Shown here: positions 13,058 through 26,639 of the stretch, one piece after another
Numbering within the stretch: position 1 is the first letter of the stretch
How the letters are laid out: every line of letters starts with the position of its first letter
Assembly (NCBI GenBank): GCA_000004695.1
Contig: CM000153.2
Span: 704,001-768,000 of the forward strand
Source of the DNA: Dictyostelium discoideum
Lineage: Eukaryota
Direction of reading: 5' to 3'
DNA: 64,000 nucleotides
Notes under the pieces: generated by a model
What the model saw: only the letters and a program-made list of their open reading frames with translations
Told to the model about the DNA's origin: nothing
The model's database searches: none
Program-made: the position numbers and the translations under genes

Positions 13058-13205
13058 CATGATTATATGTAGTGGAATCAATTGTATCATTAACTTTATT
13101 ATTCGAAATTTGTGATTTATATAAAGTTGAAGTTGGATTACCACTATTAATATATGAATAAATATTTAATGTTGATAAAAATAATTCTTGAATTGATTTT
13201 TCCAT
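11640..13205 (-). CDS. dgcA: GGDEF-domain diguanylate cyclase (Dictyostelium DgcA, the c-di-GMP synthase). N-terminal Asn-rich region plus one predicted TM segment.
   Basis: The C-terminal domain reads DPLTGLPNRYRLDEKI...ALYFMDLNKFKSINDTYGHEVGDLVLKHV...IRLSGDEFLII...ADEKMYQMKKG, a canonical GGDEF fold with the motif as SGDEF. A hydrophobic segment (MLFLLIVVVLIYTFI) precedes it. Stop is at 11640-11642. Confidence 0.85.
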
Positions 13206-13319
13206 TTTTTTTTATTATTTATTTTTTATTTATTATTATATTTTTTAATATTATTTTTTTTTGTACTTGTTATTTTTTAATATTTTATTATTATTATTAT
13301 TTTTTTTTTTTACTTGTTT

Positions 13320-13358
<39 letters not shown>

Positions 13359-13983
13359 TACTTGTTTATGCTTAAATTGATTGAAAAAAAAAAAAAAAAA
13401 TAAAATAAAATAAAAAATAAATAAAAATATTATTTGGGTTTATTTTTTTGGTTTTTTTTTTTTTTTTTGATATGTATAAAATTGTACAATTTAATTATTA
13501 TATTTAATATTATAATTAGTATTATTATTATTATTTAATTTTAATTTTTTTTTTTTAATTGCTGGTGATTTAGTTGTGATTTAAAAAATTAAATATTATA
13601 ATGTTGACGATTTTTATTTTATAATCAGTGATTGAGTTGGTGTTAGATCTTATATAGATTAAAAACTAATTTTTTTTTTTTTTTATTTTTATTATTATTT
13701 TTATTATTATTATTATTATTATTTTAATCTTATCTATTTAAATGAAAAAAAATTAGTATAAATTGATCAGTTTAAAAAAATAAAATAAAAAGTTGACGAT
13801 AAAATAATTTTATGTTTAAACAAAAAAAAAAAAAAATAAAAAAAAAATAAAATAAAAATTAAAATTTTATTTTAAAAAAAAAAACAAAAAAAAGTGTAAT
13901 GTAAAAAAAAAACAAAACAAACAAATTAATTTAAAAGTTTAATAAAAATAAATGATGATTACTAAATTGAGATTAAATGTGGT

Positions 13984-14016
<33 letters not shown>

Positions 14017-14233
14017 AAATAAATTTAGTTGTTTTGGTGGATATTTTATTTTTAAAATCTTAATCTTTTAAGATCTTTATTGAAAAAGAAATAATTGTTA
14101 ACCACAAATATTGAACAGATTTAAAAAGATAGAATGTATTTGTGTAAAAAATTATGATTGATGATGTTTTTTACTGTTTTTTTTTTTTTTTTTTTATTTA
14201 TGTTTTTCATTTTTTTTTTCATTTTTTTTTTTT

Positions 14234-14271
<38 letters not shown>

Positions 14272-14344
14272 CCGGGAGGGGGGGGATTTAAATTTTTTAT
14301 TTGAACGGAATCAAAACAACCGTTCAAATATCAATCAAAAACCC

Positions 14345-14383
<39 letters not shown>

Positions 14384-15458
14384 TTTTATTTTATTTTTTT
14401 TTTTTTTTATTTGGGTTGCCGATTTATAATAAAAGTGGGCGAAAAAATGGTAAATTACCGTTGCAATTTTACATATTATAAAATACAAAAAAAAAAAAAA
14501 ATGTAATTCAGTATTATTTTTACTATTATTAATTACAAAATTAATAAAATATGTAATTCAATATTATTATTAATTATTATTATATTTAATAATAAAATAT
14601 AAAAAAATGTAAAAAATTCATTTGAAAAAAAAAAAAAATAAATCGGAAAAAGAGAAAAAGATATAAAGGTGAAAATTATTTTTTGGGAGAGTGATTTTTA
14701 AAATATCTTTTTTTTTTTTTTTTTCGTTTTTTTTTTTTTTGTCGTTTTTTTTTTTTTTTTCTTAAAAATAAAATCGAATTTCAAAAAAAAAAAGTGGTGA
14801 ACATGAAAAAAATTGTAAATACTTTTTTTTTTTTTTTTAAACAAATTATTATTGTTTTTTTTTTTTTGTTAACAAGTTATTATTTATTTTTTTTTTTTTT
14901 TGATGGTTGTGATGATGATTAAAATTATAAACTTTTTAGAAATTATAAAACAATTATATATTTAAAAAAACAAACATACACAAAAATGATTGTTTATTGG
15001 AGAGGAGGAGTTTTTATTTTTTATAGTAGTATATATATATTAATATAAATATAATAAAATATAAATATGAATATATATATATATAAATATAACAATATAT
15101 TGTTGGTTTTTTAAATACTTTTTTTGGTTTTTTTTTGTTTTATTTGGGTTTTTAGGTAAATTTAAATTAATGGTTTTTATTTTTTTGTTTTTTTAAAAAT
15201 GATTAATCTTTGGATTTTTATAATTGCAAATGGTTATCAATATAAACCAATATATATAAATGTATATAAATGTATATAATATAATTATCAAAGAATAAAA
15301 GGTGTTCTTTAAGCGACCGATAGTAAATAAAGTGATTATGTTACTCTTATTTTAATGGGGCAAACAGTGTGTGTGAGTGTGAGTGTGAGTGTACATATTA
15401 GATTAATTTATGAAAAAAATTATTTCCATAACCTTTTCATTATTATTTTATATATATT

Positions 15459-15507
<49 letters not shown>

Positions 15508-17651
15508 AAAAGAATGTAGAGAATATAAATTTGTAATTTACAAAAAGGTTTTTTTATTTTTTTTTAAATTTAATTATAATGATTGTTAGGTTGGGTTATT
15601 TATTTAATTCTTTTTTTTTTTTTTTTTTTTATTTTTCAAAAAATAAAATCAAAAATGGAATCCAGAAAAATCTCCCCAACTGAATTAGAGTAAATAAAAA
15701 AAAAAAATCCAATAATAAATGAAACCAAATAAAAACAAAAAAATATTTTAATTAAATTAACTCCACAAAGGTAACGAGCTTAATCTTTTTTTTTTTTTAA
15801 AAATAAAAAAACAAAAAAAAAATATGATGATACTTACTCTTTATTAGTATAGTTTTTATTTAAAAAACTAGATATTTTATGTTTAATCTTGTTTTACTTT
15901 TTTTAAAATAAAGAGTTTAAATAATTCAAACTATTCGGAACTATTTTTATTTTATTTTTAAAAGGTAATAAATATATGTATAGGTATAAAAAAAATAAAA
16001 TAAAATAAAATAAAATAAAATAAAATAAAATAAAATAAAATAAAATAAAATTAAATAAATAAAATAAAATAAAATTTTTTAAAAATAAAAAAAAACTTTT
16101 TTTAATTTAAAAAAAAAAAAAATTTACCATGGCCATTTCCTGACTTTTCATAATTTCAAAACCATTCTCAAACACACATACACACACACACACACATACA
16201 CACATATATGCACATTTATATACATAGACACCATATTTAAATTTAGTTCTATATTTATAACAATAAATTGAATATTAAATTTACAATAAAATTTTACTCG
16301 TTTTAAAATAATTAATTACAATATGAATAGGTACATCATTTTTTGATTTAAATTTACTATTTCCCAATAAATCACCTTTGTTTTTAATTTTATTTGTTTA
16401 AATAGAAACAAAAATAAAATTAAAAAAAATTTGGAAAAATTGTTTGTGCTCTACATATTAATTTCGAGTGTGGGTGTGTTTATGAAAAAATAGAGTGGTA
16501 GTGGTGTGCGTTGTGAGTGAGTGGTATAAAATATTAATATTAAAATTTAAAATTTAAAAGTAGGTAGTTGGTGTGAAATATTTAAAAAAATAAAAAAAAT
16601 ATTTAATCTTTAAACTATTTAATATTTTTTTGAATTAGATCTCTGTGAAAAAGGCAAGATTAATGTGGGTGTGGTAATGACATTTAATAATAATAATTGG
16701 TGTAAGTATTAATAAAATTAATACCTCCTCTTTGTGTAAACACATACTTAAAAATTCTCAAAATAAATTAAATAACCATATATATTTTTATATGTTTCCA
16801 CATAAAAAAAAATTATAATTTATTTATAAAATAAATAATAATTTAAAAATTTAAAAATTAATTATTAATTACTATAACTACCTACTATTATTATTATTAT
16901 TATTATTATTATTTATTATTATTACTATTATATTCTGGTATAAAAAAATTTAAAACCTAGATATAAATTAAAATATTAAATAAGGAATTGATTATTATAA
17001 ATTTTGGGGGGTGGGGTTATTTGATCTTTTTATTTAGCTTTTAATCGACTACCCTTTTATATTTTAAAATTTCATTATTTTTTCAATAATTGTTTTTTAA
17101 TCTTACATTTTTGGTTTTTTATTATTTTTTGGAAAAAATAAAACAAAAGAAAAACTAAAAATATAATATATTACCCCCAATATTTATTCGATAAAATATA
17201 TAAAAAAAAATAGATGACACTATCGATTTATTATTTTATATATTTTTATAAAGAAAAGAAGTATTTGAATAATATCTTGGGAATTATTATTAATTACAAT
17301 AATTGGTAAAATGGACGATTCATTAAATTTAAAATTAGATAATAATAATTAATGATACCCATCAATCTTTAATTTTCGATTTTTCGTTTTATCATAAAGC
17401 AAAACAAAAATAAAAATAAAAAATAAAAATAAAAACTAAAAACAAAACAAACAACAATAACAATAAATTAAGAAATAAAAAAAAGAAATAAATACAAACC
17501 CATAATAATTATATCAATAATAACAACCAATATATATAATTTTAATAGAGAATACAAAAAATATATTCTTACATTCCATTTGGTTTTTTTCCCGATCTAT
17601 AGGTTTAATTCTAAAATATTTTAGTTAACACAATAATAAAAATCTATAAAC

Positions 17652-17688
<37 letters not shown>

Positions 17689-17880
17689 AAAAAAAAAAAA
17701 AAAATAATTAAATCTGATTTTATCAAAGGTTATTAAATAAAAACAAATTTATTTTTTATTATTATTATTGTTAAAAAGATTAGAAAAATGAAAAAATGGT
17801 AAAAAGATTAAAAAAAAAAAAATATGATGTAACATTTTTTCCAATGGGTGACATTATAGATGTTAAGTTTTCCATTATAA

Positions 17881-17960
17881 TTTTCAATTCCATTTTATTG
17901 TGTTTGTGTGTGTGTGTCTGTGTGTCTGTGTGTCTGTGTGTTTGTGTGTGTGTGTGTTAC
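17881..17960. repeat. (GT)n / (GTGTCT)n dinucleotide-type microsatellite.
   Basis: Seen directly. Similar (CA)n/(GT)n tracts lie at 15361-15395 and 16160-16210. Confidence 0.85.
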
Positions 17961-18603
17961 AAGTTAATCAATTTTTTACGTATTCCAAATATAGAAAAAA
18001 AAAAAAAAAAAAAAAAAAAGTTTTAATTTAAAATAAAAAAAGAATAAAATCTTACAAATATGGTAGATTTTAATATTATTTTTTTTTAAATTAATTATTT
18101 GTAAAAGCTTTGAATTTTTTTTTAATTATTTAATTTTTTTTTCAATTAATTATTTTGTAACTACTAAATTTTTAATTTTTCCAAAATTGTAAATGTGAAA
18201 TTAAAAAAAAAAAAAAACAAAAAAATTTTTACTAAAGATTTTACAATTAATGGTGTATGATTGATATTTTAAAAAATTAAAAATATTTTTAAAACCCAAA
18301 TTAAGTAATTCCAATGAGATAATTTATGAAAATTCTACGTAAGGTAATTTGGTCGGCTAATTTTTTATTTTTTAATAATTTTTTTTTTTTTTTTAAAAAA
18401 ACATTTTTATTTTTTTAAGTTAATTATTATTTAAAAATAACACAACAATAATAATGTGGTAATTTTCAACAATAAACACAATTTTTTAATAAATAAAAAA
18501 TTTTTAAATAAAAAATAATTAAAAAAATTTCCAATTTTAAATAATCTAAAAACGACATTATGTCATCCTTTATATTTGAATGAAAATTTGACAATGATTA
18601 ATT

Positions 18604-18642
<39 letters not shown>

Positions 18643-20417
18643 TAAAAAAACAATAGATTATTAAAAAAAAAAATTTTAATATATTTAAATTAAGAATTGA
18701 TATTATTAATAATAAAAAAAAACTGATTGGGTACAATTTTATTTTTTAGAATTGATCCATAAAAAATAAAATTAAATCACGTGGTTTTAGATTTATATAA
18801 AACTAAAATAATAATTTCCACGTGATTTAGAAAAATAAAAATAAAAAAAATAAAATTTGGCCTTAAAAATAAAAAATCGAATAAAAAATAATTTAAATAA
18901 AATTGGCATCGAATCATAAATCCAAACGATTTAAAAGTAAAATTCTGGCGCCATCAACTTTTTACAAATGGATCATGTGAAAAAAAAAAAAAAAAAAAAA
19001 TTTGTGGTTTTTATAAAAAATAATAACATCATTATTATTTATCTATTTTTATATAAAATAATTTATTTTATTTAAAAAAAAAAAAAAAAATAATAATATT
19101 AAGATCTTCAAATTTTTTTCATTTTCTAATTTTTATTTTTATTTTTATTTTCATTTTTATTTTTATTTTTTTTTTTTTTGGCTACCTCTCTCTTTGGTAT
19201 TATTTTATTTTATTTATTTTATTTTCTTTTTAAATTCAATTATTTTTAAAAATTCAAGTCAAATTAAATATAAAAATGGTTAAAAAAAACAATTATTTTT
19301 TTTTTATTGGGTAAAAAAAAAAAAAAAAATTAAAGATTATTAATTGGTTTGTACAAGTTTTTAGTTTTTTTAATTTTGGGAAGATTTTACAATTTTATTG
19401 TAAGTAATGAGTTTATAGAATTTATAAAAAAAACTTCACAATTCATAACATTAAAAAATAATTAACTTTGTAAAAAAAAAAAAAAAAAAAAAAAAACATA
19501 GAATTATAAAAATAATAATTTGTAATAATATATCCTGAAAATTAAAAAAATTTACCCAAATGGGTATAATTTGATGTGATTAATTGATGGCTCAGGAAAA
19601 TAATTGATATTAAAGTGGAAATAAAAAAAATTGAATTTGTAGATTTTGTTTTTTTTTTTTTTTTTTAGTTTTAATTGGTTGGATTGATAATATTTTTCAA
19701 ATAAAATATTATAATCTATATAAAGAAGTTATAAGGGGTGTCCAAAACACAGCATTTTTTTATTATTTCTATTATTAAAATATTTTAAGATAAAAATATT
19801 TTTATCTTTTTTTTTTTTTTTTTTAAACATTTTCAAAAAAAAAAAATAATAAATTTTTTAGATTATAATAATAGAAATAAAAAAACAGTAAAAATTAGGA
19901 ACATTATAATAAATGATTGTTTTTATTTTATTGTTTTTAGTTTGATAAATGAGCGGTTATTGCTTATCTTTCTTTGATAAAAATAAAATTAATAATATTA
20001 AAATATTGGTTACCTGATATCTGTATTATATATAGAAAAAAAATAATAAAAAAATTTAATAAATAAATTAATTAATTTAGATTTTTTTTTTTTTTAACAA
20101 TTTCAAAATCCAGATTAACTAATCGGCATAAACACACAAACACATTTCTAAAATTACATCAACATCAAAAAAAAAAAATTAAATAAAAAAAAAATAAAAA
20201 AAAAATTGGTGTGCAAGTGAAAGGTTATGGAAATAAGTAAGATAAAAAGGTTTTTTTGTTTAAAAAAAAAAAAATATTAAAGATTTATTCTTTTGTTTTT
20301 TTTTTTTTTTTATTTAATTTTTTTTTTTTTTTTGGAAAATATGTAATGTATACATATTGGTTTTATTTGAATATTAATCATAATAGTTTATAAATTTTTG
20401 AAATTTTTTTTATAAAA

Positions 20418-20472
<55 letters not shown>

Positions 20473-20619
20473 TTTTTTTTTTTTTTTTTTTTTTTTTTAT
20501 TTTTTTAAAAAAATTATTTACAATTGGATAAATATATATGAATATATATTTTTAAAAAAAAAAGATGGGAAATGTTATTATATTACTAATATATGAATTA
20601 TGTTGAAAATAAATTATTT

Positions 20620-20830
20620 TTAATCAAACTGTTCAACATCTTTTGGAACCATCTTTTTGATTTTTTTTTGAGCCTTATGGATATTTGCTGCCCCTTCAGT
20701 TTCAATTGAACTTAATCCATGTGTCTTTTGTTTTTCAGCTTGTTTGATTATTTCATTAACTCTTTCATCAGGAAGATCTTGTTTCTTTATTTTATCTAAT
20801 TTTTCATTACTTTTATAATATCTTTTAAAG

Positions 20831-20867
<37 letters not shown>

Positions 20868-20960
20868 AGTTTACAATGATTATTTTTTTTAAAAAAATAA
20901 AAATAATAATTACCCTCCAGTTGAAACAGATCTAACAGTAGTTCCTCTCAATGAGAGCAT
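20620..20960 (-). CDS. Small (~82 aa) protein with a mitochondrial-presequence-like N-terminus. Two exons: 20960-20914 and 20821-20620.
   Basis: Exon 1 (MLSLRGTTVRSVSTGG) ends at donor |gtaatt. The acceptor ttaaaag| gives exon 2 YYKSNEKLDKIKKQDLPDERVNEIIKQAEKQKTHGLSSIETEGAANIHKAQKKIKKMVPKDVEQFD*. It sits in a local GC-rich patch. Phase 2/1 is consistent. Confidence 0.4.
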
Positions 20961-21650
20961 AAAATTCTTTGTTGTTGTTTTATTCTAATAAAAAGTAATT
21001 TAAAAAAAAAAAAAAAGAAATTATGTTAATAATAATAATATATAAAATAAAAAAAAGAATAATTCTTTAATTAGTAAATCAACCAATGATTATTATTTTA
21101 AAATTGTTTTTTTTTTTTTTTTGATGTTATTATTATAATATTAATTATAATAATTAAATTAACTAACTTACTAATTGTCTAAACATATTAAAATTTTTGA
21201 AATTATTAATTATAAAAAAAAAAGTTATATATTTCTATAAATGTATTTTTTAATTTTTGTTTATTGATAAAAATGAAGTGAAAAAAAAAAAAATAAAAAT
21301 AAAAAATAAAAATAATAAATGGTGTTGGAATTCGGTGTGTGAAAAAAAAAAAAAAAAAAAAAAAAAACCAAAATAAAAAAAATAAAAATAAATTTTTAAT
21401 ATAAAAAAATAAAAAAAAATATTATTATAATTTTTTTTGATATAAAGATTTGAAGGGGATAATCATTGTTTTTTTCTATTTCCTTCTCACAAAATTTTTT
21501 TGGATATTTTTTTAATTTTATTTTTTTTTATTTTTATTTTTATTTTTTTTTTAAAAATTTTTTTTTTTATTTGAAAAATAGAGATCTTAGTATCATTGAC
21601 ATTTTAGGATATTTTTTTTGTGCCCAATATAGTTATGAATATAAATTCAC

Positions 21651-21681
<31 letters not shown>

Positions 21682-22005
21682 ATTTACCCCAAGTTTGATT
21701 AAAAGGTTATATTGATATTTTAATTTTGAACATTGTTATAAAAATGATTTTTTTTAAAATAAAAAAAAATAAACAATTAATGTGAACAAGCATATTTTTT
21801 ATTATTATTATTATTATTATTATTTTTGTTTTTCATTGATGGTTTTTTTTTATTTTGACTTCTTTTTTTGGTATTTTATTATTTAATTAATTTTATTATT
21901 TAATTAATTTTTTTATAAAGATTTCTTTTTTTATTTTTATTTTTTTTATTTTTATTTTTTATTTGTTGGTATTTACATTTTTTTTACTTTTTAAAGTAAT
22001 TAATT

Positions 22006-22042
<37 letters not shown>

Positions 22043-22059
22043 TTTAAATTAATTTTTTT

Positions 22060-22872
22060 TTAATTTTTAATAATATAAATTTTATCACCAAATTTTTTCC
22101 AATTTGAATTAATTTGAAAATTTGAATTCTTTGGAAAATAATAAAATTCTATTGAATTATGAACAGACCAAAAAATTACTAAATTTGAATTTTGACAAAT
22201 TTCATAATCTTTTAACCAAGTTTCGTATAAAATTTGAAATGGTTTCTTTGATTTAAATATTCCAGAATTAAAATTACTTTTATTATGGTCAACAACATCA
22301 AAATGAGCATTACTATAACCACTATTAAATTGAAATACAGTATCACCATAACAACCATAAAAAGAAAAATCTGGACATTTTGATTGATTAAAAAAGCAAT
22401 TTACTGATAAAAATTGTTGTTTTTTTAAATTATTATTTGAATTATAATTTGAATTTGAATTTAAATTTGTTTTAATTAATTTATATTCAATATCATTTAA
22501 TTTATTAACATAATGAAATGAATTTTGAAATTGTATTGGAATTAATGATTCTAAGAATTTAAAATGTTGAAATGAAATTCTTTTTGTTTCTAAATTACAC
22601 ATTGAACAAATACATTCAGTTTTTATAATTGTTAAACCATAATAATCAATCTTTTCAATTACTGATTTTAAATTCTCTTGAAAAATATTACCACTCTCTA
22701 AACAAACAAACCATAAAACTTTATTTGAATCAAAATTATATTTATATAAATCATTTTCATTATATAAATATAATTTTAAAATTGGATATTTTGAAATTAA
22801 TCTTTTATCATTTTCATTTGGTATAATATTAATAACTAAACTATTATTTAATTTTAAATTTAATTCTTCCAT
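22060..22872 (-). CDS. Hypothetical protein (270 aa), no recognisable domain.
   Basis: Uninterrupted ORF with typical Dictyostelium codon usage: MEELNLKLNNSLVINIIP...CICSMCNLETKRISFQHFKF... Confidence 0.45.
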   Translation of the reverse strand: MEELNLKLNNSLVINIIPNENDKRLISKYPILKLYLYNENDLYKYNFDSNKVLWFVCLESGNIFQENLKSVIEKIDYYGLTIIKTECICSMCNLETKRISFQHFKFLESLIPIQFQNSFHYVNKLNDIEYKLIKTNLNSNSNYNSNNNLKKQQFLSVNCFFNQSKCPDFSFYGCYGDTVFQFNSGYSNAHFDVVDHNKSNFNSGIFKSKKPFQILYETWLKDYEICQNSNLVIFWSVHNSIEFYYFPKNSNFQINSNWKKFGDKIYIIKN

Positions 22873-23118
22873 TTATTATTAAAATAATAATAAAAAAAAT
22901 AAAGAAAATAAAAAATAAAAAAAATAAAAAAAAAATATTTATAAATGTTAAAAAAAATAAAAAAAAAAAAAAAATAAAAAAATGTATAGATAATTGGCCT
23001 CCCCCCATTTCCTTTTTTTTTTTTTTTTTTGGTTTTTTTTTAAAAATGAATATTGAAAATAATGTAAAAAATCAAATTAAAAATCTATTTTAAAATTTTA
23101 TTTTTATTTTTATTTTTT

Positions 23119-24207
23119 TTAAATTTTTAAATTATTTACTAAATTTTTACAATATTTTTCTAAACGATCTGCGTTATCATAATAAGGTGAATTTTCACCA
23201 TTAAATTCTCTACAATTATTACACATTCTTTTAAGATCAGCTAAAAAGATATTTTTAGTGATATAATAATTTCCAGTTGCTAAACGATCAGAGATCATTT
23301 GAAGGTCGACAGGATCTTTGACAGTTGTATAATAGGTTGGTACTTCTTCAATTGAAACTGGTTGAAGAAAAGGCCATGAATCATCATGATTTTTAATACT
23401 TTGTAATACAACTGCCAATTGTTGTTGAAGTGAATTTATTTGTTGTTGTTGTTGATCAACATTTCCAACATTATTAATCCAACCAGCTTCTAATATACCA
23501 GGTATCTTTTCAATGGGTATGCGTCTTTGACCATGATTAAAACATTGTAAACCTGAATAAACTAAATGTGAGGTACTAATAGTACGAATCTTTTCATTCA
23601 ATGCATTTCTCTGCGCTTTTACCATAGTCGGTATATCTAAATAGGTTACATTTGGGTGTACAACACACTCCATTAATGAACCACCATCATACTCTTGGAT
23701 GAAACCTTTCCATTTCTCTTTTAGCAATGTTATATCATGAGTGAATCCTTGTTTTTGAAAATATTCAATTGCAAAGTTATCTGCAAACGTTAGGAAATGG
23801 TAAATTCCAACTTTTCTATTATGTTCTTTTAAATGAGTCATTAGGAATGAACCATAGCCTTTCACTTGTTCACTGCTTGTGATTGCACAAAATGCAATCT
23901 CTATGAAACCTTGTTGTTGAAATGGTCTAAAACAAATACCACCAATTACATTGTTATTTTTAATAATCAATAATGAATGATGAAATCTATCAAACATTAA
24001 TCTAACAATATATTCTCTTGGCATCTTTGGTAATTGTTTAGAGAATACATTCTTTAAATTCATTAATAATTCTAAATTCTTTGAACTACTATCATTTGTT
24101 ATAACTTCAAATCTTAATATACCTCTTTCTTTCTCTTCTTTTGCTGTTATACCTCTTGAATTATCAATTTGTAAACCATCTTCTGGTCCTAATAATTGTT
24201 GTGGTGG

Positions 24208-24244
<37 letters not shown>

Positions 24245-24357
24245 ATTTGTGGTGGATGTTGATTCACTATATCATTATTACCTATATTTAAATTATAATT
24301 ATTATTATTATTATTATTGTTATTATCTTGTAATAATGTTGGTTGTTGTGTTTCCAT
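23119..24357 (-). CDS. gcn5: Histone acetyltransferase GCN5 (GNAT catalytic domain plus C-terminal bromodomain).
   Basis: The GNAT core FEVITNDSS...IVRLMFDRFHHSLLIIKNNNVIGGICFRPFQQQGFIEIAFCAITSSEQVKGYGSFLMTHLKEH matches GCN5/PCAF closely. The C-terminus has a bromodomain (WPFLQPVSIEEVPTYYTTVKDPVDLQMISDRL...YYDNADRLEKY). There is an N-terminal poly-Q/N. Confidence 0.85.
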
Positions 24358-24856
24358 TGTACATTGTTTTAAATTTTATTAGTGAAAAATGAAAAAAAAA
24401 AAAAAATAAAAAAAAAAAAAAAAATTATTTTCACTTTTTTTTTTTTTATTTTTTTTTTTTTATTTTTTTTAATTTGTTTTAAATTTTTTATTTTTTTTTA
24501 TTTTTTTAAATTTATTTCTAAAAATAAAATTTCTTTTTTTAATAATAAAATCAATTATTTTGATTTTTTTTTTTTTTGATTTTTTTGGCAATAAAATTTT
24601 AAATGTATGAAATATCTTATAAATGGTAAATTAGATTTTAAAATATAAAAAAATTTAAAAAATAGAAAAAAAAAAAAAAAAAAAATAAAATTATAAGTTC
24701 ATTTGTATTAAAATGGTTAAAATCGTTTTTTTAAAAAAAAAAAAATAATCAAAAAAAAAAATAAAAAAAAATAAAAAAAAAATCCAAATAGAAAAAGTGC
24801 TCGAAAATCACCTACTCACTTTTTCTGAAAAAATTTTGTTTTTTTTTTATTTTTTT

Positions 24857-24893
<37 letters not shown>

Positions 24894-25166
24894 GAATAAA
24901 TAATAAATAATAATAATATTACCCACATTATCACATTATTTAATTTATTATCACATCAACAACAAAAATTATTTTTTTTAAAAAATAAGAATATCTTAAA
25001 TATTATAACTTTTTTTTTTTTTTTATTTTTTAAAAAGAAACACTTAACTTTTTTTTTTTATTTTTTTTTAATATATTATTATATTATATTTTATATCACT
25101 AAAAACATCATTATCATTAGATCACAATTCAAAAATTACATAAATAAATAAAATATTACATATAAA

Positions 25167-26191
25167 ATGAATTTTTTCGAATCTATTATAAATTTTTTTA
25201 AAAGTTTGTTTTGGAAACAAGAAATGGAGTTGACACTCGTTGGTTTACAAGGTAGTGGTAAAACTACTTTAGTCAATGTTATCTCTGTACGTATTTTTTA
25301 AAATTATATGAGATCAACATTAAATAATAGGTTAAAATGATAGTAATAGTAACAATATCAATTTACCCAATAGCTAATAACAATCAATAATAATATTAAA
25401 CTAACTTTTTTTAAAAATTTAAAATAATAATAATAATAATAAAGAATGGTGGATTTATTGAAGATACTATTCCAACTATTGGTTTTAATATGAAAAAAGT
25501 TACAAAAGGAAATGTTACTATAAAACTGTGGGATATTGGTGGTCAACCACGTTTCAGAAGTATGTGGGAAAGATATTGTAGAGGTGTTAATGCAATTGTG
25601 TAAATATCATATAGATATCTTTTAATTAAAATAGATAAATACATTCTGATCATTCAATTATAATCATAATGATCATAATCCAATCAATATCAATTAATAT
25701 CAATTATTGATTTAATCAAATCATGATTATTTATATTTTATTTTATTATTATTATTATTATTATATAGTTTTGTAGTAGATTCAGCAGATAGAGAGAAAT
25801 TTGAACAATCAAAACAAGCATTACAAGATTTAATTAATAAACCACCTTTAGCAAAAATTCCACTTTTAGTTGTTGCAAATAAAAATGATTTACCAAATTC
25901 TGCTGGTGTAGATGAAATGATTCAAAATTTGTATGTAGTAATTACAATAATAATAATAATAATAATAATAATTAATAATTTTTTAGATTTGGTCACCTAC
26001 CTACATTTTAGTTATTTTATTTGTTATATTGCTAACACTCACAATCATTTTTTAAAAATAAAATAAATAGGGATTTGAGAGGTATCGTTGGCAGAGAAGT
26101 TTGTTGTTATTCAATTTCTGCAAAAAATAGCGTTAATATTGATATTACTTTAGATTGGTTAATTAAACATAGTTCATCTGTTAAAAATTAA
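25167..26191 (+). CDS. arl8: ADP-ribosylation factor-like GTPase ARL8. Four exons: 25167-25286, 25445-25599, 25769-25930, 26071-26191.
   Basis: [40 protein letters not shown] | [52 protein letters not shown] | [55 protein letters not shown] | [39 protein letters not shown] is near-identical to human ARL8A/B. Donors are gtacgt, gtaaat and gtatgt, with AG acceptors after AT-rich introns. The exon 2/3 junction may be off by one codon. Confidence 0.85.
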
Positions 26192-26239
26192 AAAAATAAA
26201 TAAATAAATATAAACCATGAAATATAAAAATAAATAATG

Positions 26240-26278
<39 letters not shown>

Positions 26279-26639
26279 TTGAATTAATTGCAATTTATCT
26301 TGATATTTTTTACTTTGAAATCATCAAAGGTTGGTTTTTAAATTCTAAAAATTAAAAATCTGGAAAATATCAGTTTTTTTTTTTTTTTTTTTTTAAGTAT
26401 ATTTTATTCCTATTCTTAGAAAAAAAAAAAAAAAAAAAATTAAAAAAAAAAAAACTGTTAAAAATTTTAGTATAAAAATGAAAAGTTTTTTTAAAATCAT
26501 TACTTATAATCACAACATTGAATAAGTTTATATTTTTTACAAATAAAATGGGTAAAAATATTAAATTAAGAATATAATGACAAAAAAAAAAAAAAAAAAA
26601 AAAAAAAATAATAATAATAAATAAATAAAGATACTGATT

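Noticed and set aside
12933-13115. + strand poly-Ile ORF inside dgcA.
   Set aside because: Antisense reading of the (AAT)n poly-Asn coding tract of dgcA.
14121-14327. Short ORFs made of poly-Lys/Phe/Ile in homopolymer A/T runs (also 17796-18026, 21466-21702, 24382-24579, 26370-26693, 41219-41434, 44881-45093, 49307-49540).
   Set aside because: Translations of poly-A/T intergenic DNA with no codon-usage signal and no conserved residues.
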